From Desulfatiglandales bacterium (GTDB lineage: Bacteria > Desulfobacterota > DSM-4660 > Desulfatiglandales > Desulfatiglandaceae), in assembly GCA_963666345.1 (NCBI GenBank), contig OY762721.1:3296001-3360000 (forward strand): a stretch of 64,000 bases of DNA. Direction: 5' to 3'. The notes beneath the pieces are model-generated. The model had not been told where the DNA came from. It did no database searches and worked only from the letters and a program-made list of their open reading frames with translations. Shown piece after piece: positions 20,178 to 29,525 of the stretch. Numbering within the stretch: position 1 is the stretch's first letter; each line of letters starts with the position of its first letter. The translations under genes and the position numbers were made by a program.

Positions 20178-21344
20178 TCAGTCAAATTTTTTCATAAACA
20201 TGTCTATAAGATCTTTTTTTGCCTCAAATCCGATTCCTGGTACCTCAGGCATTCTGATCAGGCCGTTGATGACGGGGGTGTCGTCCGCAAATCCGCCGAA
20301 CGGCTCAAAGACCTTTGGATAAGACTCGTTTCCGCCCAGGCCGAGTCCGGCTGCAATGTTGAGCGCGAATTGATGCCCCCCATGTGGTATGATATGACTC
20401 ACGGGCCAGTCGTGATCCCTGCACACTTCCAATATGCGCAGATACTCCACCAGGCCGTAGGAGAGCACGGGGTCCATCTGCAGGATGTCGCGGTCCGCTC
20501 TCATGCCGCCGTAGAGGAGAAGGTTTCGTGCGTCCTGGTGGGAAAAGAGATTTTCGCCTGTGGCCATGGGAGGCGCGTAGTGATTTCCCAATTCGGCCTG
20601 CAGGGCGTAATCCAGCGGGTCACCCGGTTCCTCATACCAGCGAAGCTTATACGGCTCCAGGGCCTCGGCGTATCTGACTGCGGTATCGAGATCGAAGCGG
20701 CCGTTGGCGTCTACGGCCAGAGATGAGCCTGAGCCGACAAGATCGAGGACCGCCTCAATGCGGCGCAAGTCCTCCTCAAGGCTTGCCCCCCCTATCTTCA
20801 TTTTTACAGTGTTGTAGCCGGCATCGAGATAGTTCCGCATCTCGGAGACCAGGGCTTTTACTCCCTTTCCAGGGTAGTAGTAACCACCTGCCGCGTAAAC
20901 GAACAACTCATCCTCTGCCGGCCCCTGATTGAACCGTTCGGCAAGAAGTCTGTATAGCGGTTTTTCTTCTATCTTGGAGACCGCGTCCCATACCGCCATG
21001 TCCACTACTCCAACCGCCACGGAGCGCTCGCCGTGCCCTCCCGGTTTCTCGTTTTTCATCATGACCCGCCATATTGCAAATGGATCCAGGTTGTCTCTTT
21101 GCGAATCCAGCAGATCTTCGGGATCGGCACCCATGATCCGCGGAATGATCCTTTCGCGCAGGAGACATCCCTGGGAATATCGGCCGTTTGAATTGAATCC
21201 GTATCCTGCTACCGGACGCCCTTCTCTTATGACGTCAGTATAAAGGGCGAGTATGGATACGGTCATGGAACTGAAGTCTATAAAGGCATTTTTGATCTCT
21301 GATGCGATAGAGATCGTCTTTTCCCTTATATCAACTATTTTCAT
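20178..21344 (-). CDS. tarD: D(-)-tartrate dehydratase (mandelate racemase subgroup, enolase superfamily)
   Basis: NAFIDFS.MT, GYGFNSNGRY, NEKPGGHGERSVAVG, KMKIG, VDANGRFD, WYEEPGDPLD, ATGEN, IPHGGHQ. Matches my recollection of Bradyrhizobium TarD. Confidence 0.85.
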   Translation of the reverse strand: MKIVDIREKTISIASEIKNAFIDFSSMTVSILALYTDVIREGRPVAGYGFNSNGRYSQGCLLRERIIPRIMGADPEDLLDSQRDNLDPFAIWRVMMKNEKPGGHGERSVAVGVVDMAVWDAVSKIEEKPLYRLLAERFNQGPAEDELFVYAAGGYYYPGKGVKALVSEMRNYLDAGYNTVKMKIGGASLEEDLRRIEAVLDLVGSGSSLAVDANGRFDLDTAVRYAEALEPYKLRWYEEPGDPLDYALQAELGNHYAPPMATGENLFSHQDARNLLLYGGMRADRDILQMDPVLSYGLVEYLRILEVCRDHDWPVSHIIPHGGHQFALNIAAGLGLGGNESYPKVFEPFGGFADDTPVINGLIRMPEVPGIGFEAKKDLIDMFMKKFD

Positions 21345-21348
21345 CTTT

Positions 21349-21710
21349 GGTTCTTCTCCAACTTAGTTGTCGAAGAGGGTCCAAGGATTCAAGGATTCAA
21401 GGATTCGAGGGCTTTCTTTCCAGGGATTTGATCATCGCTTTGAACATTGCCCCGACATCCCCTATTTCCCTTCTTAATTTTTGAAGCCGCTCTTCTTTCA
21501 AATAACCCAAGTCAGCTGATGTCATGTCCCGGGTTTCCAATTCACAGTCTGAACCATATGCAAACAAGGTGTATGCAATTTTTGCCGAACGTTTAACTGC
21601 CTATAATCTTTAAGCTTTTCACTCGAACCCGCGGTGAAGCAGTGGGGCTGAGCGAAGCGTATGCGGAGCAAAGAATCCTTCATTTAGACCAACTCTTTTG
21701 GAGATGACCC
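21349..21710 (-). mobile_element. Non-autonomous element copy 1 (internally deleted), 8-bp TSD TCATCTTT, carrying a four-helix-bundle gene remnant
   Basis: Ends ggttcttctcc.. and ..ggagatgaccc. TCATCTTT at 21341-21348 and 21711-21718. Homologous (inverted) to 50975-51457. Confidence 0.88.
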
Positions 21711-21747
21711 TCATCTTTTAACTCTTTTTCCTTTATATACCGCGTCC

Positions 21748-22812
21748 TCAGGAAAGGCCTTCAATTTGCTCTATTACCGCATCGGTGAATTCACTTGTGC
21801 CGGCATCTCCTCCCAGGTCGCGGGTGAGAGTTCCGCTTGATGTGACGGCTTCAATGGCATTCATAAGAAGTTCGGCCGCCTCTTTTTCATCAAAAAAATC
21901 GAGCATCATATTGACGGACCAGAGTGTGGCGATGGGATTGGCGATTCCCTTGCCTGCGATATCGGGTGCCGAACCGTGCACCGGTTCGAACATCGAGGGG
22001 AACCTTTTCTCCGGGTTCAGGTTGGCCGAGGGTGCTATGCCTATTCCGCCTGCCAGGGAAGGCCCCAGGTCGGAGAGGATGTCACCGAACAGGTTGCTTC
22101 CGACCACCACGTCAAACCAGTCCGGATGCTGTACAAAGTTGGCTGTCAGGATATCTATATGATATTTGTCCGTACGAATTCCCGGGTATTCCTTTGAGAT
22201 TTCTGCAAAGCGCTCGTCCCAGAAAGGCATGGTGAAAATTATTCCGTTTGATTTTGTAGCGGTGGTGAGGTGCCCGGCAGGACGTTTGAGGGCAAGTTCA
22301 AAGGCGTAGCGAAGAACACGGTCCACCCCGTGTCTGGTGAATATGGTTTCCTGGATCGCCATTTCCCGTTCGGTTCCCTTGAAAAGCCTTCCCCCTACTT
22401 CAGAGTACTCCCCTTCGGTGTTTTCCCGGACAACGTAGAAGTCAAGGTCCTCGGGGCCACGGTTGGCCAGCGCGGAGCCTATCCCGGGCAGGAGTCGTAC
22501 CGGCCGCAGGTTTATATATTGATCAAAGTCTCTACGAATTGGAACCAGCAGGCCCCATAAAGAGATGTGGTCCGGTACGCTTGGCTCTCCCACGGCACCC
22601 AGAAGGATGGCGTCAAACCGTGACAGCCGTTCCATTCCGTCGGCAGGCATCATCTCGCCATGTTCCAGATAGTAGGCGCATGAGTAGGGAAATTCCTCGA
22701 ATTGTAAATCAAAATCATATTTTTCGGACAGGGCCTCAAGGACCCTTACCCCTTCGGGCACCACCTCTTTGCCTATGCCGTCACCCGGAATCAGGGCAAT
22801 TTTATGTTTCAT
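21748..22812 (-). CDS. ttuC: Tartrate dehydrogenase/decarboxylase (D-malate dehydrogenase; ICDH/IPMDH family)
   Basis: IPGDGIGKEV, VPDHISLWGLL, RENTEGEYS, TKSNGI...MPFWD, SNLFGDILSDLG, FEPVHGSAPDIAG. Confidence 0.88.
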   Translation of the reverse strand: MKHKIALIPGDGIGKEVVPEGVRVLEALSEKYDFDLQFEEFPYSCAYYLEHGEMMPADGMERLSRFDAILLGAVGEPSVPDHISLWGLLVPIRRDFDQYINLRPVRLLPGIGSALANRGPEDLDFYVVRENTEGEYSEVGGRLFKGTEREMAIQETIFTRHGVDRVLRYAFELALKRPAGHLTTATKSNGIIFTMPFWDERFAEISKEYPGIRTDKYHIDILTANFVQHPDWFDVVVGSNLFGDILSDLGPSLAGGIGIAPSANLNPEKRFPSMFEPVHGSAPDIAGKGIANPIATLWSVNMMLDFFDEKEAAELLMNAIEAVTSSGTLTRDLGGDAGTSEFTDAVIEQIEGLS

Positions 22813-23208
22813 TTCATACTCCTTTTAAAATTCCTTAAATTAAATAAACCACCCCCCTCAGGAAGGGGAACATACAATAAATGCGTGAAGATAAGATAAA
22901 AGGCCGGTTTCTTAACCGCTATTATTTTAACCATGGCCTTGGCAAAACAAAAAATAAAAATAATATCTCTGTTTTGGCCTCTTGTCATGATTATTTTTTT
23001 AAGCCTTCGGATTTTCTTATTTTTCGGAGTTAGCCCTTATATATAACGTTTTTGTATGCGAATTCAAGGACATTAGATCCTGCCCTTGGAGCTTTACGGG
23101 TTGATCCTTAAAATGATTCTCTTGATGTGTAAATTGGTGGGACAAGTTCTAAAAAAGAGGTGTATTTCGCTTGTATCATTTTTCATTCGAGCGATCAGGG
23201 CGATGCAC

Positions 23209-24783
23209 TCATGCGTTGTCGCTGATCTTCGGGTTTAGGCCCGCAAGGGCATTCTTCCGGGCCTTACCGAGGGAGGTCCTTGGGAAGTCTTTACAAAGGA
23301 CCAATCTCTTTGGACATTTGTAGCGGGCCAGACGCTCCTCACAGAAGTCCTCCAGGTCCTTTAAGGAGAACCGCTCACCTTTTTTGGCAATCACGTAGGC
23401 CACTCCGATCTCACCCCATACCTCGTCGGGTAACCCGACCACCGCGACATCCCGGATCTTCGGATGCCCGCGCAGCACCCGTTCCACTTCCGCCGGATAG
23501 ACGTTTTCTCCACCGGAGATGTACATGTCATTGGCCCTGTCAACCAGATAGAAGAATCCGTCTTCATCCCTTTTCGCCAGGTCTCCCGTGTGGAGCCACC
23601 CGCTGACGATTGTCTCTTCTGACTTTACGGGATCCTGCCAGTACTCCTTCATCATGATGGAGCCCCTTACGACGATTTCTCCAACCTCGCCCGGCTTGAC
23701 CTTCCTGTCCGATCGGTCCATGATTTCCACCTCTGCATGAAAAACCGGACGGCCCACTGTTCCCGGCTTTTGAAGCGAATCTTCTTCAGAGGCCCAGAGA
23801 AGTATCGATGTCTCTGTCTGGCCCATTATCTGGCGAAGGGAAAACCCTGCCTCGCTGCATGCCGTCAAAAGTTCAGCCGTTGTTTTTTCCCCGCCTATTG
23901 CGCAGACCTTGAGAGAAGAAAGAGAGCCCCGATCTTCCGGGGCAACTTTAAGAAGTGCACGATATGCGGTCGGGACCCCGAGGAATTTGGTGACCCGGTA
24001 TCTGTCTATGTCATGAAACGTTCGAAGAGGATCGAACCTGGGGTGAATTATGAGAGTGGCACCCTTGTAGATTATGGGAGAGGCTTGAATGAAGAGCCCC
24101 CCCGAGTGAAACAGGGGCAGGACAACGAGCATTACATCGTCGAAGTGGAGTTTGAAGAAGATGTCCGCATTAAGGCAATTGAAAAAGGTTTTTCTGTGGG
24201 AAAGCACCGCACCCTTGGGCTGTCCGGTGGTACCTGAGGTATACATGATCACGTGGGGCTCTTCAGGGTCGGCAGGGCCGAGGGATTTTGTCAGAAAGGG
24301 GCTTTGTCCGTCATAGGCTTTTGAGTCCCTAATGTAATCGAGAAAGCGGTCCTCCACATCGGTTTTGCCTTCAGGTTTTTCCTTTAAAACGGCTGTAAGC
24401 ATGAGGGGGAGACCCTTGTCCAGACTGAGAGATTCGACGGAGCTTCCGTATCGCTCGGAGAAAACGAATAACCTTGGCCGGGCGTTTCTCAAGGTATATT
24501 CAAGCTCAGGTCCGGCAAGCCTGAAGTTAACAGGAATAAAGATCGCCCCCAGCCGGGAGCAGGCGAGATAGATTTCTATGAACTCAGGTCCGTTTGCCAG
24601 CATAACGGCCACCCTGTCACCTTTTTCAATGCCAAGGGACTGAAACCAGCAACTTGTTCTGTCGGCTCTTCTATGCAGGTCCCGGTAGGTGATCCGTTGT
24701 TCTTCGTAAACAATGGCAGTTTTGTCAGGGTGCAGTTCACTCCAGCGCTGGACCCACCATGCGATGTTCATGGACTTGATCAT
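23209..24783 (-). CDS. AMP-forming acyl-CoA synthetase (MenE/FadD-like)
   Basis: YTSGTTGQPKG, MGQTET, GWLHTGD, SGGENVYPAEVE, PRTSLGK. Start set at MIKSMN behind GAGGAGG. Confidence 0.9.
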   Translation of the reverse strand: MIKSMNIAWWVQRWSELHPDKTAIVYEEQRITYRDLHRRADRTSCWFQSLGIEKGDRVAVMLANGPEFIEIYLACSRLGAIFIPVNFRLAGPELEYTLRNARPRLFVFSERYGSSVESLSLDKGLPLMLTAVLKEKPEGKTDVEDRFLDYIRDSKAYDGQSPFLTKSLGPADPEEPHVIMYTSGTTGQPKGAVLSHRKTFFNCLNADIFFKLHFDDVMLVVLPLFHSGGLFIQASPIIYKGATLIIHPRFDPLRTFHDIDRYRVTKFLGVPTAYRALLKVAPEDRGSLSSLKVCAIGGEKTTAELLTACSEAGFSLRQIMGQTETSILLWASEEDSLQKPGTVGRPVFHAEVEIMDRSDRKVKPGEVGEIVVRGSIMMKEYWQDPVKSEETIVSGWLHTGDLAKRDEDGFFYLVDRANDMYISGGENVYPAEVERVLRGHPKIRDVAVVGLPDEVWGEIGVAYVIAKKGERFSLKDLEDFCEERLARYKCPKRLVLCKDFPRTSLGKARKNALAGLNPKISDNA

Positions 24784-24994
24784 GGTTAAGACCTCCTCAT
24801 ATGCCTTCAGAGCACAAGATGCATACAGGCCCCTTTCAGGATCGATGATCGTCCCTGTTTTATGATCTTTTATGAATCGATCTAGATTCACAGAAAGACC
24901 CATCCGGCGCTTTGTTATTGTTGAGAAATAAGGCTTTGAGATAGTGAGTGGTTCAGACAGTCCTGATACCAAACATGCGGACTGCTTTTTTTGG

Positions 24995-25004
24995 TTGTAT
25001 ACAA
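24995..25004. promoter_or_regulatory. Palindrome TTGTATACAA, possible GntR-family operator upstream of the acyl-CoA synthetase
   Basis: Perfect 10-bp palindrome in the upstream region. Confidence 0.35.
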
Positions 25005-25112
25005 TATCTATTTGAAAAAGACAATCTCTACGTTTGCCGCCTTTATGTGCATGAATTATAAAGAAGTCCTCTCCTGTTTTGAACAAATCCCCTGATTTTT
25101 TGTGCCATCTGT

Positions 25113-25514
25113 TTACGGAACCGGCACCCAGACAATTATTACTTCCCGGTTTCCCAGAGTCCTGGTGCAGTGACCGCGACATTCGGTGTCGGTTACCAAA
25201 AGCACGCTGCCAGGCGTGAATGTGCGCCTTTCCCCATCACCCGCCTCCACCTCCATTACCCCTTTTAGCACCATAACAAACTGTTTCCTGGGGGCGGGAT
25301 GCCAGTCGGCTTTGAGATTTTCATGAAGCCTGAGAAAGCCGATCTGTTGTGCGTCCCGGAAGGGAGTAACTGCATTACCGCTGCTTCGTTTATTCCAGGG
25401 CATATACTCGTCTCTGAAATGAGTCACGTCTTCCGTGTCCGAATAGAGGACTGAGTATAAGAGGCTGTGTTCAGCCCCTTTTTTCTGGATGATCGAATCT
25501 GTGTTTACCTGCAT
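25113..25514 (-). CDS. Cupin-domain protein
   Basis: WHPAPRKQF..VLKG.MEV...DGE.R.F.PG......D..GH cupin pattern. GGAGG RBS. Confidence 0.8.
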   Translation of the reverse strand: MQVNTDSIIQKKGAEHSLLYSVLYSDTEDVTHFRDEYMPWNKRSSGNAVTPFRDAQQIGFLRLHENLKADWHPAPRKQFVMVLKGVMEVEAGDGERRTFTPGSVLLVTDTECRGHCTRTLGNREVIIVWVPVP

Positions 25515-25660
25515 CCTATAACCTCCAACCGGCTGTTACTATTGATCTATCGGGTTTACTTATAGACTTAATAGTGATTTTGAGTCAAGGGATGACAACA
25601 AGGGACAAGCTAACAGACCTTGTTGGTGCAGTGGCTTGCGCAGGGTTGCCCTTTTTGAAA

Positions 25661-25693
25661 TTCAAGGCCCGCCTCTGCGGGCAGGGCCTTGAA
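25661..25693. terminator. Hairpin downstream of the TonB-dependent receptor
   Basis: ttcaaggccc..gggccttgaa inverted repeat. Confidence 0.6.
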
Positions 25694-25705
25694 TCCGAAG
25701 TGAGT

Positions 25706-27709
25706 TTAGTATGTAAATTTCAGGCCGGCAATCCAGTTCCTTTCAGGAGCCGGGTAGTAGTTCAGGCCGGCCCAGTTTTCAACCACATAGGTGGAATATT
25801 CCTTGTCGGTTATATTGTTGACGCCTACAAAGGCCTCAAGCATCTTACGCTTATAGGAAACCTTGAGATCCAGTGTATAGTAGGAATCAAGTTCTCCGTC
25901 GTCGTTGCCCCAGTCGCTTATGGCATAGCGGGATCCCACATAATTGCAGTCGGCGTTGGCGGTTATGCCCGGTAAGAGATTGCGGATTTCAAATCCCAGA
26001 TTGGCCCTGTGCTTCGGGATCGATGGTATGCGGTTGTTTTCAAAAGGGGCCTTGTCCAGCTTGGCCGATTCGTATGAGTAATTTCCGTGAAAAGCAAGGT
26101 GCTTGCATATATCCACGTTCGCCTCAAACTCTATTCCCTCGTGGACCGTGGCCGGATGGTTGACGTTTTCAAATGTCAGTGGGTTATAGAAAAGCTCGTT
26201 TTTTATATCCGCGTGATACAGGGTTACGGCTGTCCTGACACCCGGGAGAAATGAGTGGCGAATACCCACTTCGTAATGCTTTCCCACCTGCGGTTCAAGA
26301 TCTTTGATCGTGATGCCGGGCCAATTCCAGAAGACAAGTTCGTCGAGCAATGCGAAGCGGTAGCTCTGGTTTGCACGGATAAAGGCGGATGTCTGATCGT
26401 TGCAAAGCCAGGTCAAACCGATTTCCCAAGCCTCTTCTCTTTCTGTAGTGCTGTTGTCCAGTGGAGCAAAACCAAAGGCCAGATCGATTGTCTTGAGATC
26501 GTATTTGACTTTTCCTGTTCTTGCCCCGAATGTCAGCAATAGGCTGTCCGTAAAGGAAAGTTCGTCGTGAAGATAGATGCCTATGTTTTCTCTCTGGTTG
26601 TCTGATAGCCCTGAGAGGGTTGTTAAGAGTGGACCGTTAAACGTATGCTGCCGGTAGTCTGTCCATGCGAGATCAACTCCGGCTATAAGCTTGTTTGAAC
26701 GGCTGAAAATATCCGCGTCCAGTGTGTAACGAGGGGTCAGGGACCACGTCTCCGAATCGATTTCGGATTTGTATGGCGTGAGAGGGTATCTTTCGTTGGA
26801 CGAGCGGTCACGATATGAGACATCCATAAGCAGACTTCCGTACTGCTCGAGATCCAGATCCGCGCCGAAGGTTGCGTAGGAGTCTTCGCTTTCGCCGTTG
26901 TTCAGGGGATTGAAATTGGCTTTCCTGTTCAGATCCATTTGCGCCTTGGTAAGAGCTCCGGGCAGGTCATAATCGTCCTTGTGGCTTGATCCTGAAAAAC
27001 GGAGACTGAGCATGTCGCTTGCATCGTAGAGCAGTTTTCCTCCGAAATCGTGTTTGTTAAAGGAGTTGTTATCCCTGTACCCGTCCGTGCTGCTGTTGAT
27101 TCCGTATATGGAACCGTAGAAGTTTTTTGCGCCCCCGCTCAGGCTGACCTCCTCTTTGTGCATGCTGTAACTTCCCGTACTAACTCCTGCCTTGGCCTCA
27201 AATTTTTCCGAAGGAGTGCGGGTGATGATATTGATTACACCACCGGATGCGCCTGTGCCATACAGTACCCCGCCTGAACCTCTAAGTATTTCGATCCTTT
27301 CAACCTGTTCCAGCGGAATTTGAGACCAGTCCGTGCCGCTTAAATCGATTTCGTTTACGCGGCGTCCATCCACCAGGACCAGGGTGTTGTAAGGGCCTGT
27401 CTCTCCGAATCCCCGTATGTCCACCTGGGCTGTCTTGCCGTTACCCAGCAGGTCACTGACCGTGACGCTGGTTTCGTGCTTGAGGATATCGGTGATGTTC
27501 TGGGCGTTTGAGTCTTCAATGTCTTCCCTTGTTATGGCCGAGACGTTTGCAGGCACCTTGCGGGTCTCCTGCTCGAAACGGGAGGCGGTTACCACCACCT
27601 CGCCCAGATTATAGGTCTCCTCTGATTCGGTTTTGTCGGCGGCCTGAAGATTGACCGGAATCAGCAAGGAAAACAGGGCCAAGAGCCATAAGTTTTTAAT
27701 TCTTCCCAT
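25706..27709 (-). CDS. TonB-dependent receptor, probable corrinoid (BtuB-like) transporter
   Basis: Signal peptide, EVVVTASR TonB box, IRGFG, VLVDGRR, ERIEILRG...LYG..A.GGVINIIT plug, C-terminal aromatic residue. Lies under a cobalamin riboswitch. Confidence 0.88.
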   Translation of the reverse strand: MGRIKNLWLLALFSLLIPVNLQAADKTESEETYNLGEVVVTASRFEQETRKVPANVSAITREDIEDSNAQNITDILKHETSVTVSDLLGNGKTAQVDIRGFGETGPYNTLVLVDGRRVNEIDLSGTDWSQIPLEQVERIEILRGSGGVLYGTGASGGVINIITRTPSEKFEAKAGVSTGSYSMHKEEVSLSGGAKNFYGSIYGINSSTDGYRDNNSFNKHDFGGKLLYDASDMLSLRFSGSSHKDDYDLPGALTKAQMDLNRKANFNPLNNGESEDSYATFGADLDLEQYGSLLMDVSYRDRSSNERYPLTPYKSEIDSETWSLTPRYTLDADIFSRSNKLIAGVDLAWTDYRQHTFNGPLLTTLSGLSDNQRENIGIYLHDELSFTDSLLLTFGARTGKVKYDLKTIDLAFGFAPLDNSTTEREEAWEIGLTWLCNDQTSAFIRANQSYRFALLDELVFWNWPGITIKDLEPQVGKHYEVGIRHSFLPGVRTAVTLYHADIKNELFYNPLTFENVNHPATVHEGIEFEANVDICKHLAFHGNYSYESAKLDKAPFENNRIPSIPKHRANLGFEIRNLLPGITANADCNYVGSRYAISDWGNDDGELDSYYTLDLKVSYKRKMLEAFVGVNNITDKEYSTYVVENWAGLNYYPAPERNWIAGLKFTY

Positions 27710-27830
27710 CCTTATTATCCCTCCTTCTGTTTTTGTGCATGATTTTTTATTAATCGTTAACCAGGAAAAGGAGGAATCGGATTTGCATTACAGCTTTTCC
27801 TGAAAGGGGGATTTTCCTGCCGCCGAAAAT

Positions 27831-27868
27831 AAAAAAAACCCTTCAAGCAGGAAAATGCCTGAAGGGTT
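27831..27868 (-). terminator. Intrinsic terminator in the riboswitch expression platform
   Basis: Minus strand: aacccttcaggca-ttttcc-tgcttgaagggtt followed by a U run. Confidence 0.8.
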
Positions 27869-27934
27869 GCACCCAGTTTTCTTGACCCTTGTATGCCGGA
27901 AACACCCCTGTAACGCCGCAGGGTCCGACAATTT

Positions 27935-28115
27935 TCGAGGCAGGTCTTCTGACTCCCCCGCCCTTTTAGCTGCCTTCCCATCCCGATTTATCGAGACAGT
28001 GGCACACAATGGCTAAAAGAGTTCCCTTTTCAAAAGAAAAGAGCGGGGTTACAGCGGCGGGACCGTTCCCGAATTTAACGGGATTCCCTATTATGCCTTG
28101 AAAGGCACCTCAATT
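27935..28115 (-). ncRNA. Cobalamin riboswitch
   Basis: Minus strand: AGGTG..AATAGGGAA..CGGTCCCGCCGCTGTAA..GCCACTG..GGGAAGGC..GAGTCAGAAGACCTGCC (B12 box). Confidence 0.95.
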
Positions 28116-28457
28116 ATTATTTGATATTATTCCGGAACTGATGTGTCAAGGGTTTTTTGTAATGGAAGATAATATGCCGGAGGCGGACAATGAAAGTAAT
28201 CAGGGACTCCGGCACGTTATGGTCGATGGTATTCCATCTGTTAGGGCGGTGCTCTAAGGTATGGATAAAATTGCTTGTTGACTTTAAAGGCCTGACGACG
28301 TTATTGATCATATGATGCAGGATGGGTTGTAATCCTCTTTTATTTAGTCCTTGAAATCGGAGATATTTATCTAACTGAGTTCATCTTTTGTCGTAAGATG
28401 AGGTCATTTTTTCTCAGGCCGGCAAGGTCTAATTCTTTTAAGTAAAGAAAGTCTGTA

Positions 28458-29525
28458 ATGAAAAAACTTTTAAATACATTAAGTAAGATACGGCCTCAGG
28501 ACTCAGCTGCAAGGGCAAGGGCGAGGCAGAGGCTTGAATCCCTTGCCATGCCCAAGTGGGCCCTCGGGCGTCTCATGGACCTTGCGGTTGACCTTGCGGG
28601 AATGACGGGCCGTGAAGACATGAAGTTTTCAAGAAGAACTGTCGTCGTAATGGCTGGAGACCATGGGGTGGCGGATGAAGGTGTAAGCGGCTATCCCTCA
28701 GAGGTGACCCTTCAGATGATCAATACCTTTCTTAGGGGCAAGGCAGGGGTAAACGCCCTGGCGGAACAAGCTGGCGCGAGGGTGTTCGTGGTCGATATGG
28801 GGGTTAAAAAGGTGCCGAAGGGATTTGATCCGGATGGAAAGATATTGGATAAAAGAATCGGTCCGGGGACTTCCAATATACGCAAAGGACCCGCCATGAC
28901 CCGCAGGGAGGCCCAGGCTTCGGTGGAGGCGGGTATCGAAGTAGCTCACAGGCTTTCAGGTAAAACCGATATGTTTGCTACGGGTGACATGGGTATTGGA
29001 AACACCACGGCCAGCAGCGCCATTGTCTCGGTTCTTTGTGATGCGCCCGTTAGTGTGGTAACGGGAAAGGGCACGGGAATCGATGAAGAGTCCTTTGACA
29101 ATAAGATCAGGGTGATTGAGGACGCAATAAGGATAAACGCTCCTGACGGACGGGACGCACTTGATGTGCTTTCAAAGGTGGGAGGTTTTGAAATAGGCGG
29201 CATTGCAGGTCTTATACTGGGGACCGCCAGTCTGGGCAGGCCTGTCATGGTGGACGGGTTTATTTCAACCGCAGGTGCCCTTATTGCCCAGGCATTATGC
29301 CCCGTTTCAACCGACTACATGATAGCCGCTCACAGAAGTGTCGAGCAGGGCCACTCTGTCGCACTTGAACGGCTAGGCCTTGAACCCCTTCTGGATCTAG
29401 GCATGAGGCTCGGCGAGGGATCAGGAGCGGCGCTTGCCTTCAATATATTGGACGGTGCGGTTAATGTATATAAAAGGGTGGCAACCTTTGAGGAAGCTGG
29501 TGTGTCAGGGGTTACGGAAAAATGA
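28458..29525 (+). CDS. cobT: Nicotinate-nucleotide-dimethylbenzimidazole phosphoribosyltransferase
   Basis: ALGRL, AGDHGV..EGVS.YP..VT.QM, GDMGIGNTT, GGFEI, MRLGEGSGA, ATFEEAGV. Confidence 0.95.
   Translation: MKKLLNTLSKIRPQDSAARARARQRLESLAMPKWALGRLMDLAVDLAGMTGREDMKFSRRTVVVMAGDHGVADEGVSGYPSEVTLQMINTFLRGKAGVNALAEQAGARVFVVDMGVKKVPKGFDPDGKILDKRIGPGTSNIRKGPAMTRREAQASVEAGIEVAHRLSGKTDMFATGDMGIGNTTASSAIVSVLCDAPVSVVTGKGTGIDEESFDNKIRVIEDAIRINAPDGRDALDVLSKVGGFEIGGIAGLILGTASLGRPVMVDGFISTAGALIAQALCPVSTDYMIAAHRSVEQGHSVALERLGLEPLLDLGMRLGEGSGAALAFNILDGAVNVYKRVATFEEAGVSGVTEK

Noticed and set aside
24784..25182. 132-codon N-terminal extension of the acyl-CoA synthetase
   Set aside because: It overlaps the cupin gene and looks like non-coding sequence. 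A strong GAGGAGG precedes the ATG at 24783.
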